Positions 26,786 through 36,915 of a stretch of DNA of 64,000 nt are shown piece by piece. The position numbers and the translations under genes were made by a program. The notes under the pieces were generated by a model. That model saw only the letters and a list, made by a program, of their open reading frames with translations, did no database searches and was not told the origin of the DNA. Numbering within the stretch: position 1 is the first letter of the stretch; the number at the start of each line of letters is the position of its first letter. Source of the DNA: Calditrichales bacterium. GTDB lineage: Bacteria > Calditrichota > Calditrichia > Calditrichales > J004. The stretch covers positions 1,728,001 through 1,792,000 of the forward strand of contig OZ254086.1 in NCBI GenBank assembly GCA_965267575.1. The letters run 5' to 3'.

Positions 26786-29401
26786 ATGTTTAGAGCTACA
26801 ATTATAGCGTTACTTTTTTGCGCATCGCTTTCGTTTGCCCAGACCGGCGAAATTGCGGGGATGGTAACCGATGAAGACGGCGGTCCGCTTACCGGCGCCA
26901 ACGTTTTTATTGAAGGTACAACCATGGGTGCATCTACCGACCTCAACGGAGAATATGTAATTCTGAATGTACCCGAGGGCGAATTTACACTGATGATAGA
27001 TTATGTAGGATACCAGGCGGAAGAGGCCACGGTTTCCGTGCTACCGGGGGAGACAACCCAGCAAGATTTTGTCCTTCAATCGGACATGCTGAATATGAGC
27101 GCGGTAGTGGTTACCGGTACGGCTACACCCAAGAAAAAGCTGGAATCCAGCGTGGCTATTACCACGGTTGATCCCCTGAAGATTGAGCGCATGGCGCCGC
27201 GCAATACGGCAGACCTGCTCAAAGCTATCCCGGGCTTTTATGTCGAAAGCTCCGGCGGTGAAGGGGGCAATAACCTCTTTACGCGCGGTATTCCGGCGGA
27301 CGGCAGTTTCCGCTATGTTTCCGTACAGGAAGACGGCATGCCGGTTTTTGCCGCACCCGAATGTATGTTTTTCAACATAGACCTTGCAGTAAGGCTGGAT
27401 GAAAATATCGAGCGCATGGAAAGTGTCCGTGGCGGCTCCGGTTCCATTTTTGCCAGCAATGCCGCGGGCGGAATTATCAACTACATCAGCAAGACGGGCG
27501 GTTCGGAGTTTGACGGAAATGTTAAATTTTCCGCCGGTGATTACGGTATGTTCCGTACCGACCTGGAATTTGGCGGCCCTATTTCCGAAAGCCTGCGCTA
27601 TCATGTGGGTGGTTTCTACCGCACGGACCAGGGTATTCGTCCGACAGGCTTTACTGCCAACAACGGCGGCCAGCTCAAAGCAAACCTGACCTACCTGATG
27701 GACCGCGGCCATGTCCGCCTTTACGGAAAATATCTCAATGACAGAAACGTATTTTACCTGCCGATTCCTCTAACGGGTTTGGATGAAGAGCTGTCCGGCT
27801 TTGATGCCAACTATGGCACCATGACCAGTCAGGATCTGTTCTATCTGAACGTGCGCAAGCCCGAGGGACGCGGATACCAGGAGCAGCACCTGGACCGTGG
27901 TATGAATCCTGAGCTAACTACATTTGGCGGTGAGCTTAATTATGCTTTAACGGATAATATTACCGTTCGCGAAAAGTTCAAGCGCAGTGTACTTGATCAT
28001 CAGTTCAACGCCATTTTCTCGCTGAACGATCCTATGACAGCTGAAGGCTACGCGGCGGATAAGGGTATTGCGGATCCCATGTGGAGTTACGCCCGCGGCG
28101 GCAATATCGGTGGTAACGCAGCCATGCAAAATCTCAACGGCAACGGGCTGGTTGTGGAAGTCGGCTGGTGGGCCGTTACCATGCCCATGCAGGACTTTAT
28201 AAACGATCTATCTTTTAATATTGATATTGCTGATCATAGCCTTACGATCGGCCATTATTTCGGCCATGACAAGCAGGAAGGCCATTGGTGGTGGCACAAC
28301 GTGTTGACCGAAGTTGGTGAGGACCCGATGGCCCTGGACCTTGTTGACGGAAACACGGGTGTTTCGCTGACCGATAATGGTTTTACACGCTATGGATCGA
28401 ATTACCTTAACTACAATTTCTCCAATTTCATAAATGCCGTATATGTAAATGACGAGTTCTCATTTGACGCCTTTACATTTGATATCGGCTTCCGCTATGA
28501 GGTTGGCGATATAAACGGTATGACGGAGAACACCAGCACCTATGATATGGGTGACGCGACCACGATGGCTGATGATAATGTCCTCTACGGAAACGGCAGT
28601 TATCAGACATGGGATTTCGAGTATGATGAATTTGCCTATTCCGCTGGCCTGAACTATAAGCTGAACGATAATCTGGCTGCCTTTGGCCGGATCAGCAATG
28701 GTTTTCGCGCGCCGGATGATAACAATCTGGTATTTGATGCCGCGGCCAGCGCCCGTGTAGAAGATATCTCGCAATATGAAGTCGGTGGTAAATACAACTC
28801 GCCTAACTTGGCTGCATTTGGTACCTTCTTTTACAGTACTCTGAACGACTTCCCCTTCAGCGATGAAGTTGTCGATCCGCAAACCGGTACGGTTTCAGCC
28901 GCTACCCGTTTTGCCGATGCGACGGCCATGGGGCTGGAGCTTGAAGTGATCGGAAAGTACAATGATTTCGGTGTAGATTTCACGGGTACTTTCCAGGATG
29001 TTACCTATCGTGACTACCAATTTACGCAAAGTGGTCAGGATTTTGATTTTGACGGTAACCAGGTGCGTCGTATTCCTCAGATATTCTTCACCTTAACGCC
29101 TTTTTATGAGTTGGGTGACCTGCGTGTAGATTTTACTGTTCAGCACTTTGGCGATCGTTTTACGGATGATGCCAATACGGCAAGCGCAAAGCTGCCTGCA
29201 TTTACGCAGTTCAACGCGGGGGCAGCCTACGATTTTGGTGATTTCACCATTGGCGCCAATGCCGTTAACCTGACCAACGTCATTGGTATCACAGAAGGTA
29301 ACCCGCGTACGGAATCTGTTCAGGCGGGACAAAAAGCCTTCCGGATGGCCCGTCCGATAATGGGACGTACGATTGTTGGATTTATAAGCTATAATTTCTA
29401 A
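26786..29401 (+). CDS. TonB-dependent receptor with N-terminal carboxypeptidase-regulatory-like domain
   Basis: Signal peptide; PLTGANVFIEGT..STDLNGEY; VVVTG; plug RMESVRGGSGSIF..GGIINYISK; C-terminal ISYNF; SD aggagg. Confidence 0.93.
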   Translation: MFRATIIALLFCASLSFAQTGEIAGMVTDEDGGPLTGANVFIEGTTMGASTDLNGEYVILNVPEGEFTLMIDYVGYQAEEATVSVLPGETTQQDFVLQSDMLNMSAVVVTGTATPKKKLESSVAITTVDPLKIERMAPRNTADLLKAIPGFYVESSGGEGGNNLFTRGIPADGSFRYVSVQEDGMPVFAAPECMFFNIDLAVRLDENIERMESVRGGSGSIFASNAAGGIINYISKTGGSEFDGNVKFSAGDYGMFRTDLEFGGPISESLRYHVGGFYRTDQGIRPTGFTANNGGQLKANLTYLMDRGHVRLYGKYLNDRNVFYLPIPLTGLDEELSGFDANYGTMTSQDLFYLNVRKPEGRGYQEQHLDRGMNPELTTFGGELNYALTDNITVREKFKRSVLDHQFNAIFSLNDPMTAEGYAADKGIADPMWSYARGGNIGGNAAMQNLNGNGLVVEVGWWAVTMPMQDFINDLSFNIDIADHSLTIGHYFGHDKQEGHWWWHNVLTEVGEDPMALDLVDGNTGVSLTDNGFTRYGSNYLNYNFSNFINAVYVNDEFSFDAFTFDIGFRYEVGDINGMTENTSTYDMGDATTMADDNVLYGNGSYQTWDFEYDEFAYSAGLNYKLNDNLAAFGRISNGFRAPDDNNLVFDAAASARVEDISQYEVGGKYNSPNLAAFGTFFYSTLNDFPFSDEVVDPQTGTVSAATRFADATAMGLELEVIGKYNDFGVDFTGTFQDVTYRDYQFTQSGQDFDFDGNQVRRIPQIFFTLTPFYELGDLRVDFTVQHFGDRFTDDANTASAKLPAFTQFNAGAAYDFGDFTIGANAVNLTNVIGITEGNPRTESVQAGQKAFRMARPIMGRTIVGFISYNF

Positions 29402-29414
29402 GGTCAGACTCTTG

Positions 29415-29444
29415 GCGGGGCGGTTTTTCCGCCCCGCTTTTTTT
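29415..29444 (+). terminator. Intrinsic terminator after the TonB receptor
   Basis: gcggggcgg-ttttt-ccgccccgc followed by T7. Confidence 0.85.
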
Positions 29445-29472
29445 AACTAACCTTCACCATCACGGATAAAAT

Positions 29473-31056
29473 ATGCCACAGTTTTCGCTTGCACCGGTAG
29501 ACCTGATCGTAATCGCTGTCTATTTTGTGTTTGTAATCTGGCTTGGAATCAGCCTGGGTAAGAAACATGAGTCGGCTGAAGACTATTTTCTTGCCGGCCG
29601 TTCAATGATATGGCCGTTTATCGGTATTTCACTCTTTGCGTCCAATATATCCAGCACCACCCTTATTGGCCTGGCCGGTGATGCTTACAGCACCGGGATT
29701 TCCGTTTTCAATTATGAATGGTTTGCGGTTGTTATTCTGATCATTTTTGCCATTTTCTTTTTGCCGTTTATCCTTCAGGCTCGCATTTTCACAATGCCGG
29801 AATTTCTAGAGAAACGTTTTGATGGACGGGCACGCACATATTTTTCCGTGCTAACGCTCTTTTTAAACATAGTGGTGGATACAGCCGGCAGCCTTTATGC
29901 CGGCGGGTTGATGCTGAAGCTGATCTTTCCGGAAATCCCCATGTGGCAGACGATTACAATTCTGGCGGTAGTGGCAGGCGTATATACCATTGCCGGCGGT
30001 CTGGCAGCTGTCATTTATACGGATGCCGCCCAAACCATTTTGCTTCTGATCGGCGCGGTAACCGTTACGATCATGGCCCTGGATAAAATCGGCGGCTGGG
30101 GGAACGTTACCGAGGTTATTCCGGCTGATATGCTTAGCCTGGTACGGCCGCTGGACGACCCCAGTGTACCCTGGCTTGGGCTTATCACCGGGGTACCGCT
30201 TTTGGGCTTTTATTTCTGGTGCACGAATCAATTTATGGTGCAGCGCGTGCTCAGCGCCAAAAACCTGGAGCATGGCCGCTGGGGCAGCCTGCTGGCAGGA
30301 TTGCTAAAGCTTCCCGTTTTATTCATTATGGTGCTGCCAGGCACTATGGCCATTCTTCTTTACCCGGATTTGCCAAAGCCGGACCTCGTTTACCCCACGT
30401 TGATGTTTGATCTGTTGCCGGTTGGGTTATTGGGTCTGGTAATCGCAGGGTTTATCGCAGCGCTTATGTCGCAAATCGATTCAACGCTCAATTCGGCCTC
30501 CACGCTGGTTACGATGGATTTTATCCACAAGTGGCGGCCCAACCTGGACAGCCGCCAGCTTATGAAAACAGGGCGCTGGGTAACATTTGGCTTTATGATC
30601 CTGGCCGCACTTTGGGCGCCGCAGATCGAAAATTTCGGGTCGCTCTTTAAATATTTACAGAAAGTGCTTTCCTACGCCGTCCCGCCGGTGGTGGCCATGT
30701 TTATCGTAGGCGTGCTCTGGAAAAGGGCCAACGCGCAGGGCGCTTTTATTTCGCTGGTTATTGGTGTAATCCTGGGCGCTGTGTTTTTTGTATTTAATGA
30801 GTTACTGGGTATAACAGACGTACATTTTCTCTACATCGCGCCTATCCTGTTTGTCTTAAGCTCCGCCGCTCTGGTTATGGGAAGCCTGATGACCGGGTTA
30901 CCGGCAAAGGAAAAAGTGGAAAATTTTACCTGGTCGCGTGAATTTTATGACAACGAAACCAAAGAGCTGGCCGGCTTGCCCTGGTACAAAAATTTCCGTA
31001 TTCAATCCGTAATACTGTTGGTGGTAACCGCCGTTCTGGTTGTTTCATTCTGGTAA
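29473..31056 (+). CDS. Sodium:solute symporter (SGLT-like)
   Basis: DYFLAGRS, SLFASNISS, TMPEFLEKRF, GGLAAVIYTD, WCTNQFMVQRVL, AALMSQIDSTLNS. Confidence 0.93.
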   Translation: MPQFSLAPVDLIVIAVYFVFVIWLGISLGKKHESAEDYFLAGRSMIWPFIGISLFASNISSTTLIGLAGDAYSTGISVFNYEWFAVVILIIFAIFFLPFILQARIFTMPEFLEKRFDGRARTYFSVLTLFLNIVVDTAGSLYAGGLMLKLIFPEIPMWQTITILAVVAGVYTIAGGLAAVIYTDAAQTILLLIGAVTVTIMALDKIGGWGNVTEVIPADMLSLVRPLDDPSVPWLGLITGVPLLGFYFWCTNQFMVQRVLSAKNLEHGRWGSLLAGLLKLPVLFIMVLPGTMAILLYPDLPKPDLVYPTLMFDLLPVGLLGLVIAGFIAALMSQIDSTLNSASTLVTMDFIHKWRPNLDSRQLMKTGRWVTFGFMILAALWAPQIENFGSLFKYLQKVLSYAVPPVVAMFIVGVLWKRANAQGAFISLVIGVILGAVFFVFNELLGITDVHFLYIAPILFVLSSAALVMGSLMTGLPAKEKVENFTWSREFYDNETKELAGLPWYKNFRIQSVILLVVTAVLVVSFW

Positions 31057-31062
31057 TTTTTT

Positions 31063-32268
31063 ATGGCTGATTCAGGTATTGCTTACGAAAAAGCATTGGC
31101 CCTGTTAAAACGGGCAGCTACCCCTTTTGGCATTCTGGCCAGCGTGGACGCGCGCGACAATTACCGCCGCGTCTGGGCGCGGGATGGGGTTATTGCCGGC
31201 TTGGCCGGACTGCTCACCGGCGATACGCAGATCCGGCAATCATTTAAGAGCACACTGTTGCTTTTAGTAGAAAATACCGGAGCCCAGGGACAGATTGCGT
31301 CCAACATCGCGCTGGACGAGGGGGGCAACATAAGCAGTATCAGCTATGGCGGCCTTGCCGGTCGCGTGGATGCGATACCGTGGTTTATCATCGGCGTTTG
31401 CCAATACAGAATATTATGCGATGATGCCGAAATTTTTGAGCGCTGCGGTACAGCAATCCGCGCAGGGCTGGCGTTGCTCAAAAGCTGGGAGTATAACAAC
31501 CGCGGCCTGGTCTATGTACCACAGGCGGGCGATTGGGCCGATGAATATATTTTGCACGGCTATGTTTTTTATGACCAGGTACTGCGCTTGTGGGCCACAA
31601 AACTCTATGCCCGTCTCAGCAATGATGCAGAAGCGGCGAAACAGGCGCGAACGATTCAGCAGCTTATTGAAATAAATTTCTGGCCGGAGCAGGGGGCAGA
31701 GCAACCGTTTTACCATCCGGGCGCGGCAGAAAGACTGCTTGCCGGAAAAGGGAAACTCGTGTACCCGCCGGCCGCCCTATCCCCGGGAGGATATTTCCCG
31801 CAGTTCGACGGACTGGGTAGCGCGCTGGCTTTGCTGGCAGGATTATTCACGCCTGAAAAAAGACAATCGCTGATAAATTATATGTTGTCTTTAAAAGGGG
31901 AAGTAAACAGCGCCATGATACCGGCGTTTTGGCCGGCCATAAATAAAGGTGACAGCCTGTGGCCGATGCTTGCCGGCAATTATGCGTTTGAGTTTAAGAA
32001 CCAGCCCGGACATTATCATAACGGTGGTTTGTGGCCCATGGTTAACGGCTGGTGGGGCGCCGCGCTGGCGAAACATGGTTTGCATGAAGAAGCCGGGCGT
32101 GTGCTGGAAGCGGTGAACGGCTTCAACAAAAAGAAAAACTGGGGCTTTTACGAGTATGCCGCCGCCGCTGATCATAGTCCCAATGGCACGCCACACATGG
32201 CCTGGAGTGCCTCGGCGACGCTGCTTTTGCAAAATATTTTGAATGGAAAAAAACTGGTTATGGACTAG
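31063..32268 (+). CDS. GH100-like (alkaline/neutral invertase-like) glycoside hydrolase
   Basis: NYRRVWARDG, DAIPWFIIG, GDWADEY, YHNGGLWP, FYEY, AWSAS; no signal peptide. Confidence 0.75.
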   Translation: MADSGIAYEKALALLKRAATPFGILASVDARDNYRRVWARDGVIAGLAGLLTGDTQIRQSFKSTLLLLVENTGAQGQIASNIALDEGGNISSISYGGLAGRVDAIPWFIIGVCQYRILCDDAEIFERCGTAIRAGLALLKSWEYNNRGLVYVPQAGDWADEYILHGYVFYDQVLRLWATKLYARLSNDAEAAKQARTIQQLIEINFWPEQGAEQPFYHPGAAERLLAGKGKLVYPPAALSPGGYFPQFDGLGSALALLAGLFTPEKRQSLINYMLSLKGEVNSAMIPAFWPAINKGDSLWPMLAGNYAFEFKNQPGHYHNGGLWPMVNGWWGAALAKHGLHEEAGRVLEAVNGFNKKKNWGFYEYAAAADHSPNGTPHMAWSASATLLLQNILNGKKLVMD

Positions 32269-32271
32269 GTT

Positions 32272-34080
32272 ATGCATATTATAGATTACATTGTTATCTC
32301 CGTTTACCTGCTCGCAATTGTTCTTGTGGGTCTTATCGTTCAGAAGAAGGCTTCGCAGGGCATTGATTCGTATTTCCTGGGTAACCGCGATCTGCCGTGG
32401 TGGGTGCTTGGCGCTTCCGGCATGGCTTCCAATACAGACATTGCCGGAACGATGATCAACACCGCCATGCTGTTTGCCCTGGGCACGCTGGGCTTTTTTA
32501 TTGAAATTCGCGGCGGCGTGGTGCTGATGCTGGCTTTCCTGATGATCTTTATGGGTAAGTGGAACCGCCGCTCGCAGGCGATGACCATGGCCGAATGGAT
32601 GCATCTGCGTTTTGGCAAAAACCGCGACGGAAACTATGCGCGCGTCATCAGCGCCGTGGCCAACCTGGTATTAACCATCGCCATGATCAGCTATTTTGCC
32701 ATTGGCGCCGGTAAATTTGCCGGGGAATTTTTGGGCATCAATTGGCGCGTTGCTTCCCTCATTATGGCCGGGCTCGCTTCTATTTACACTATCGCCAGCG
32801 GCCTTTACGGCGTAGTCTGGACCGATGTGTTCCAGGGTGTTTTTATTTTTGGAGCGATTGTATATGTGGTAGCCAAAGCGATGCTGCTCGTAGACTTGCC
32901 GGAAGAGTTTATGGTTTCGGTGCCCCTGGTAGAAGGCGGCTTCCAGTCAATTGCTGTTACGCTTGATGAGTGGACGCGTGTTATCCCACCGATGCAACTT
33001 GAACTTCCGGGCATTTACGCCGGCTTCAACATGTTCGGCATTGCACTTTTCTTTTACCTTTTCCGCGTTACGCTGGAAGGAGCCGGCGGCGGCAGCGGCT
33101 ACATGGTACAGCGCTATTTTGCCGCAAAAAGCGATCGCGAAGCCGGTCTGTTGTCGCTGTTCTGGACCTTTCTGTTAATGTTCCGCTGGCCGATGATCGC
33201 GGCTTTCGCCATGCTGGGTATCTATTACGGTGGTTTGCACGGTGTCATCGCTGACCCGGAGCTGGTGCTTCCGACTGTAATCAATCAGTTTCTGCCTGTT
33301 GGTATTAAGGGTCTGCTCATTGCCGGTTTTATCGCCGCGGCCATGTCCACATTCGACTCCACCGTAAACGCGGGAGCGGCCTACTGGGTTAAGGACATTT
33401 ACCAGGCTTTTTTTAATCCGCAGGCAACCGGCAAGCAGCTCATGTGGCATAGCCGTATCTCATCATTTGTGATCATTATCCTCGGCTTGTTATTCAGTTT
33501 TACCATTACCAACATCAACGAGATCTGGGGTTGGATAACCATGGGCATCGGAGCGGGCATTTTTATCCCGCTTGTGCTGCGCTGGTACTGGTGGCGCTTT
33601 AACGGATACGGCTTTGCGTTTGGCACGCTCTTCGGAATCATTGCCGCTATTTTGAGTAAGGCGTTTTTTGATTACCTGCCCGAGTATATGCTGTTTATTT
33701 TCAGCAGCAGCGCCTCTCTTCTGGCGTGCATCATAGCTACTTTTATGTCGCGTTCCACGGACGATGCGGTTTTGAATAATTTTTATAAGATCACGCGGCC
33801 CTTTGGCATCTGGAAGCATATAAAAGAGCGTCTGCCCAACAATATTCAAGGAATGATCGACAGCGAAAACCGTCGCGATATTATGTCCATTATCGTGGCC
33901 GTGCCCTGGCAGTTAACCCTTTTTCTCACCGGTATTGTATTTGTGTTTAAACTGTGGGACAAGTTTTTTATCCTCGCCTCGGTCCTGGTGGTCCTTTCGG
34001 TTATCCTGTATAACACCTGGTACCGCCATTTGTCCGATTCCACTGAAATTGAAGATCAACTAAAAAAGATGGATGTATGA
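32272..34080 (+). CDS. Sodium:solute symporter family protein
   Basis: SYFLGNRDLPWW, TMAEWMHLRFG, SGLYGVVWTD, VQRYFAAKS, AAAMSTFDS, LRWYWWRFN. Confidence 0.9.
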   Translation: MHIIDYIVISVYLLAIVLVGLIVQKKASQGIDSYFLGNRDLPWWVLGASGMASNTDIAGTMINTAMLFALGTLGFFIEIRGGVVLMLAFLMIFMGKWNRRSQAMTMAEWMHLRFGKNRDGNYARVISAVANLVLTIAMISYFAIGAGKFAGEFLGINWRVASLIMAGLASIYTIASGLYGVVWTDVFQGVFIFGAIVYVVAKAMLLVDLPEEFMVSVPLVEGGFQSIAVTLDEWTRVIPPMQLELPGIYAGFNMFGIALFFYLFRVTLEGAGGGSGYMVQRYFAAKSDREAGLLSLFWTFLLMFRWPMIAAFAMLGIYYGGLHGVIADPELVLPTVINQFLPVGIKGLLIAGFIAAAMSTFDSTVNAGAAYWVKDIYQAFFNPQATGKQLMWHSRISSFVIIILGLLFSFTITNINEIWGWITMGIGAGIFIPLVLRWYWWRFNGYGFAFGTLFGIIAAILSKAFFDYLPEYMLFIFSSSASLLACIIATFMSRSTDDAVLNNFYKITRPFGIWKHIKERLPNNIQGMIDSENRRDIMSIIVAVPWQLTLFLTGIVFVFKLWDKFFILASVLVVLSVILYNTWYRHLSDSTEIEDQLKKMDV

Positions 34081-35045
34081 CGGCTGCGCAAAATAAGCCA
34101 CAAAAGATTGATGTTCTTGCCGTCGGTGAGTTGCTGGTGGACCTTATTAGTCACCAGACCACCACCAGCCTGGCAGAGGCACGCGACTTCCACCGCTACC
34201 AGGGCGGCAGTCCTGCCAATCTGTGCGCCAATCTCGCCCGGTTGGGCAATCGTTCAGCGCTGATTGCCTGCGTGGGCAACGAGAGCCTTGGCGCCTACCT
34301 TAAAAAACGCGTGGCTGAGGCCGGCGTTATCACCGATTACATTGTGACCGACCCCGTTGCGCCGACCACCGTTATTTTACTGACCCGCACACCGGGCACT
34401 GCCGATTTTATCGCCTACCGGGTGGCCGACACGCTGATCCGTCCTGACAACATTCCGGAAGATTTGTTTGGGCGGGTGCGCGTTTTCCATACAACCTGTT
34501 TTGCCCTTAGCCGCCAGCCGGCCCAGAAGACAATCGTGGATGCCGCCCTGCGCATGGCTCAAAGCGGCGCAAAACTGAGCATTGATTGTAATTACGCGCC
34601 ATCGATCTGGGGCGATCGCGAAGAAGCGAGACATGTGGTGCAAAGCTATTGTGCCGGTGGCGCACTGGTAAAAATAAGTCTGGACGACGTGGCGCGGCTG
34701 TTTGAGGATGAGCATATCTCCGAAGAAGACGCCATTCGCCATTTTCATGGTTGGGGCGCCGAGCTGGTGTGCCTGACACTCGGCAAGCAGGGCAGTATTG
34801 TCTCTTCGCAGCATGGCAGCAGGTTTGAAAGCATTAAGGGCCGCCTGATACGCGTGGCCGATGCCACAGGTGCCGGGGATGCCTACTGGTCCGGTTTTTT
34901 AACCGCCTGGCTGGATGGCAGGCCCGCGGCTGATTGTGCTAAAACCGGCGCCATCCTGGCCGAGATGAAGCTGCAGAAAATGGGGCCGTTGCCGGCCAAA
35001 GTTGACAAAAGTGCCATTTACGCTGAATTGGAAAAATATGATTGA
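34077..35045 (+). CDS. PfkB family carbohydrate kinase (fructokinase-like)
   Basis: VGELLVD, GGSPAN, ACVGNESLG, TLGKQG, DATGAGDAY. Confidence 0.9.
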   Translation: MTAAQNKPQKIDVLAVGELLVDLISHQTTTSLAEARDFHRYQGGSPANLCANLARLGNRSALIACVGNESLGAYLKKRVAEAGVITDYIVTDPVAPTTVILLTRTPGTADFIAYRVADTLIRPDNIPEDLFGRVRVFHTTCFALSRQPAQKTIVDAALRMAQSGAKLSIDCNYAPSIWGDREEARHVVQSYCAGGALVKISLDDVARLFEDEHISEEDAIRHFHGWGAELVCLTLGKQGSIVSSQHGSRFESIKGRLIRVADATGAGDAYWSGFLTAWLDGRPAADCAKTGAILAEMKLQKMGPLPAKVDKSAIYAELEKYD

Positions 35046-36909
35046 TCTGCTTATTGTTCTGGCGTTTATCGTTTACGCTGTCAGCTCCGGTTTTCGCTCC
35101 CGGAAAAAAGCATCGGAAAACCTGAGCGAGTATTTTCTGGCCGGCAAAACGCTAAGCGGCTGGAAAGCCGGATTGAGTATGGCCGCCACGCAGTTTGCCG
35201 CGGATACACCCTTGCTGGTTACCGGGTTGATCGCCACGGGCGGCATTTTCCTGCTTTGGCGCTTGTGGATTTACGGCCTGGCCTTTCTTTTGATGGGTTT
35301 TGTATTTGCTGCGGCCTGGCGTCGCGCCGGGGTTTTGACCGATGCAGAGCTTACGGAAATACGCTACAGCGGCAAAGGTGTACTGGCGCTGCGAGTCCTT
35401 AAATCCATTTATTACGGCACGGTGATTAATTGTGTTGTTTTAGCCATGGTGCTGGTGGCCGCCATGCGCATCGCCGAAGTATTTCTGCCCTGGCATGAGT
35501 GGCTGCCGGAGTTTATCTACGGCGCGTTTTATTCCCTGGTTGGTTTTTTCAACTTATCATTGGGCGAAAGCATCACCGGGCTCAGCACGCAGATCAACAG
35601 CACCAACAGCCTGATCAGTATCCTGGTGATCATCAGCTTTACGGCTCTTTACTCCACCACCGGCGGCCTGCGCAGTGTAGTGGCCACAGATGTAGTGCAG
35701 TTTGGTCTGGCGATGATCGGAACCCTGGTGTACGCCTTTGTGATCATGGGTGAAGTGGGCGGCCTGGCCAGCTTCGGTGAACAGATTATAGCGTTGTACG
35801 GTGAGGCCGGCAAGCAGATGCTCTCCTTTGCGCCCACCGGGGGTGAAGCGCTGCTGCCTTTCCTAGTGATCATCGGTTTGCAATGGTTTTTCCAGATGAA
35901 CAGCGACGGCACCGGATACCTGGCACAACGCTCGATGGCCTGCGCCACGGACAAAGACGCCCGGCTGGCAGCAATCGTATTTTCCTGGATGCAGATCGTT
36001 TTTCGCAGCCTGATCTGGCTGGTAATCGGTATCGGGCTGCTACTGGTTTATCCTTTTGCTGTAGCCGATATGGGCACGGAAGGCTTTGCCGCCTCGCGTG
36101 AAATTTTATTTGTGACCGGCATTAACGATCTGTTGCCGGTGGGTGTGCGCGGTCTGATGCTTACGGCCTTACTGGCGGCGCTGGCCTCCACCATAGACAC
36201 GCACCTCAACTGGGGTGCCGGCTACTGGAGTAACGATATCTACAAACGGCTGATCTGCAAAGAGTGGCTGAAGCGCGATCCCAAGAACACGGAGCAGGTA
36301 CTGGCGGCGCGCTTTTCCAATGTGCTTATTTTAGCGATTGCTTTGGTCATTATGGCCAACCTTGGCTCGATACAGGACGCCTGGTTCATTTCACTGCTTT
36401 TTGGGGCGGGTATGGGTTCCGTGCTTGTGCTGCGCTGGCTGTGGGAGCGCATAAACCTATTTTCGGAGCTGGCGGCAATGGCCACGTCACTGATCGTGGC
36501 GCCCATCCTGCTTTTTGCTACCGACCAGGAATGGATACGTCTGGGCTCCATGGCACTGCTTTCCACTTTTGCGGCGATCGTGGTGACCTTTTTTACACCG
36601 TCGACCAGCATGAAAACACTGGGCGAATTTTACAGGCGTGTGCGCCCGATTGGTTTTTGGGCAAAAAGCGCTCAGGCTGCCGGCGATACGGCGCAGGTTG
36701 CCAGAAAGCGTCTCGGCGAAGCGTTGCTCACCACGGGGATTACCGCGCTGTCGCTTTTTCTGATGCTGGTGGGTGTGGGCAAACTTATCTTTCCGGCGGG
36801 GGACACCATCCTGCTGCCAATTCTTTATATTGTTGTTTCGATTGCCCTGATACCGCTGTGGTGGAAAAAGGCTATGCACGACGACTATCTCAAAGCGGAA
36901 AAGGTGTGA
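35038..36909 (+). CDS. Sodium:solute symporter family protein
   Basis: EYFLAGKTL, MAATQFAADTPL, GGLRSVVATD, LAQRSMA, AALASTIDTHLNWG, LRWLWERIN. Confidence 0.9.
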   Translation: MIDLLIVLAFIVYAVSSGFRSRKKASENLSEYFLAGKTLSGWKAGLSMAATQFAADTPLLVTGLIATGGIFLLWRLWIYGLAFLLMGFVFAAAWRRAGVLTDAELTEIRYSGKGVLALRVLKSIYYGTVINCVVLAMVLVAAMRIAEVFLPWHEWLPEFIYGAFYSLVGFFNLSLGESITGLSTQINSTNSLISILVIISFTALYSTTGGLRSVVATDVVQFGLAMIGTLVYAFVIMGEVGGLASFGEQIIALYGEAGKQMLSFAPTGGEALLPFLVIIGLQWFFQMNSDGTGYLAQRSMACATDKDARLAAIVFSWMQIVFRSLIWLVIGIGLLLVYPFAVADMGTEGFAASREILFVTGINDLLPVGVRGLMLTALLAALASTIDTHLNWGAGYWSNDIYKRLICKEWLKRDPKNTEQVLAARFSNVLILAIALVIMANLGSIQDAWFISLLFGAGMGSVLVLRWLWERINLFSELAAMATSLIVAPILLFATDQEWIRLGSMALLSTFAAIVVTFFTPSTSMKTLGEFYRRVRPIGFWAKSAQAAGDTAQVARKRLGEALLTTGITALSLFLMLVGVGKLIFPAGDTILLPILYIVVSIALIPLWWKKAMHDDYLKAEKV

Positions 36910-36915
36910 TGCACC

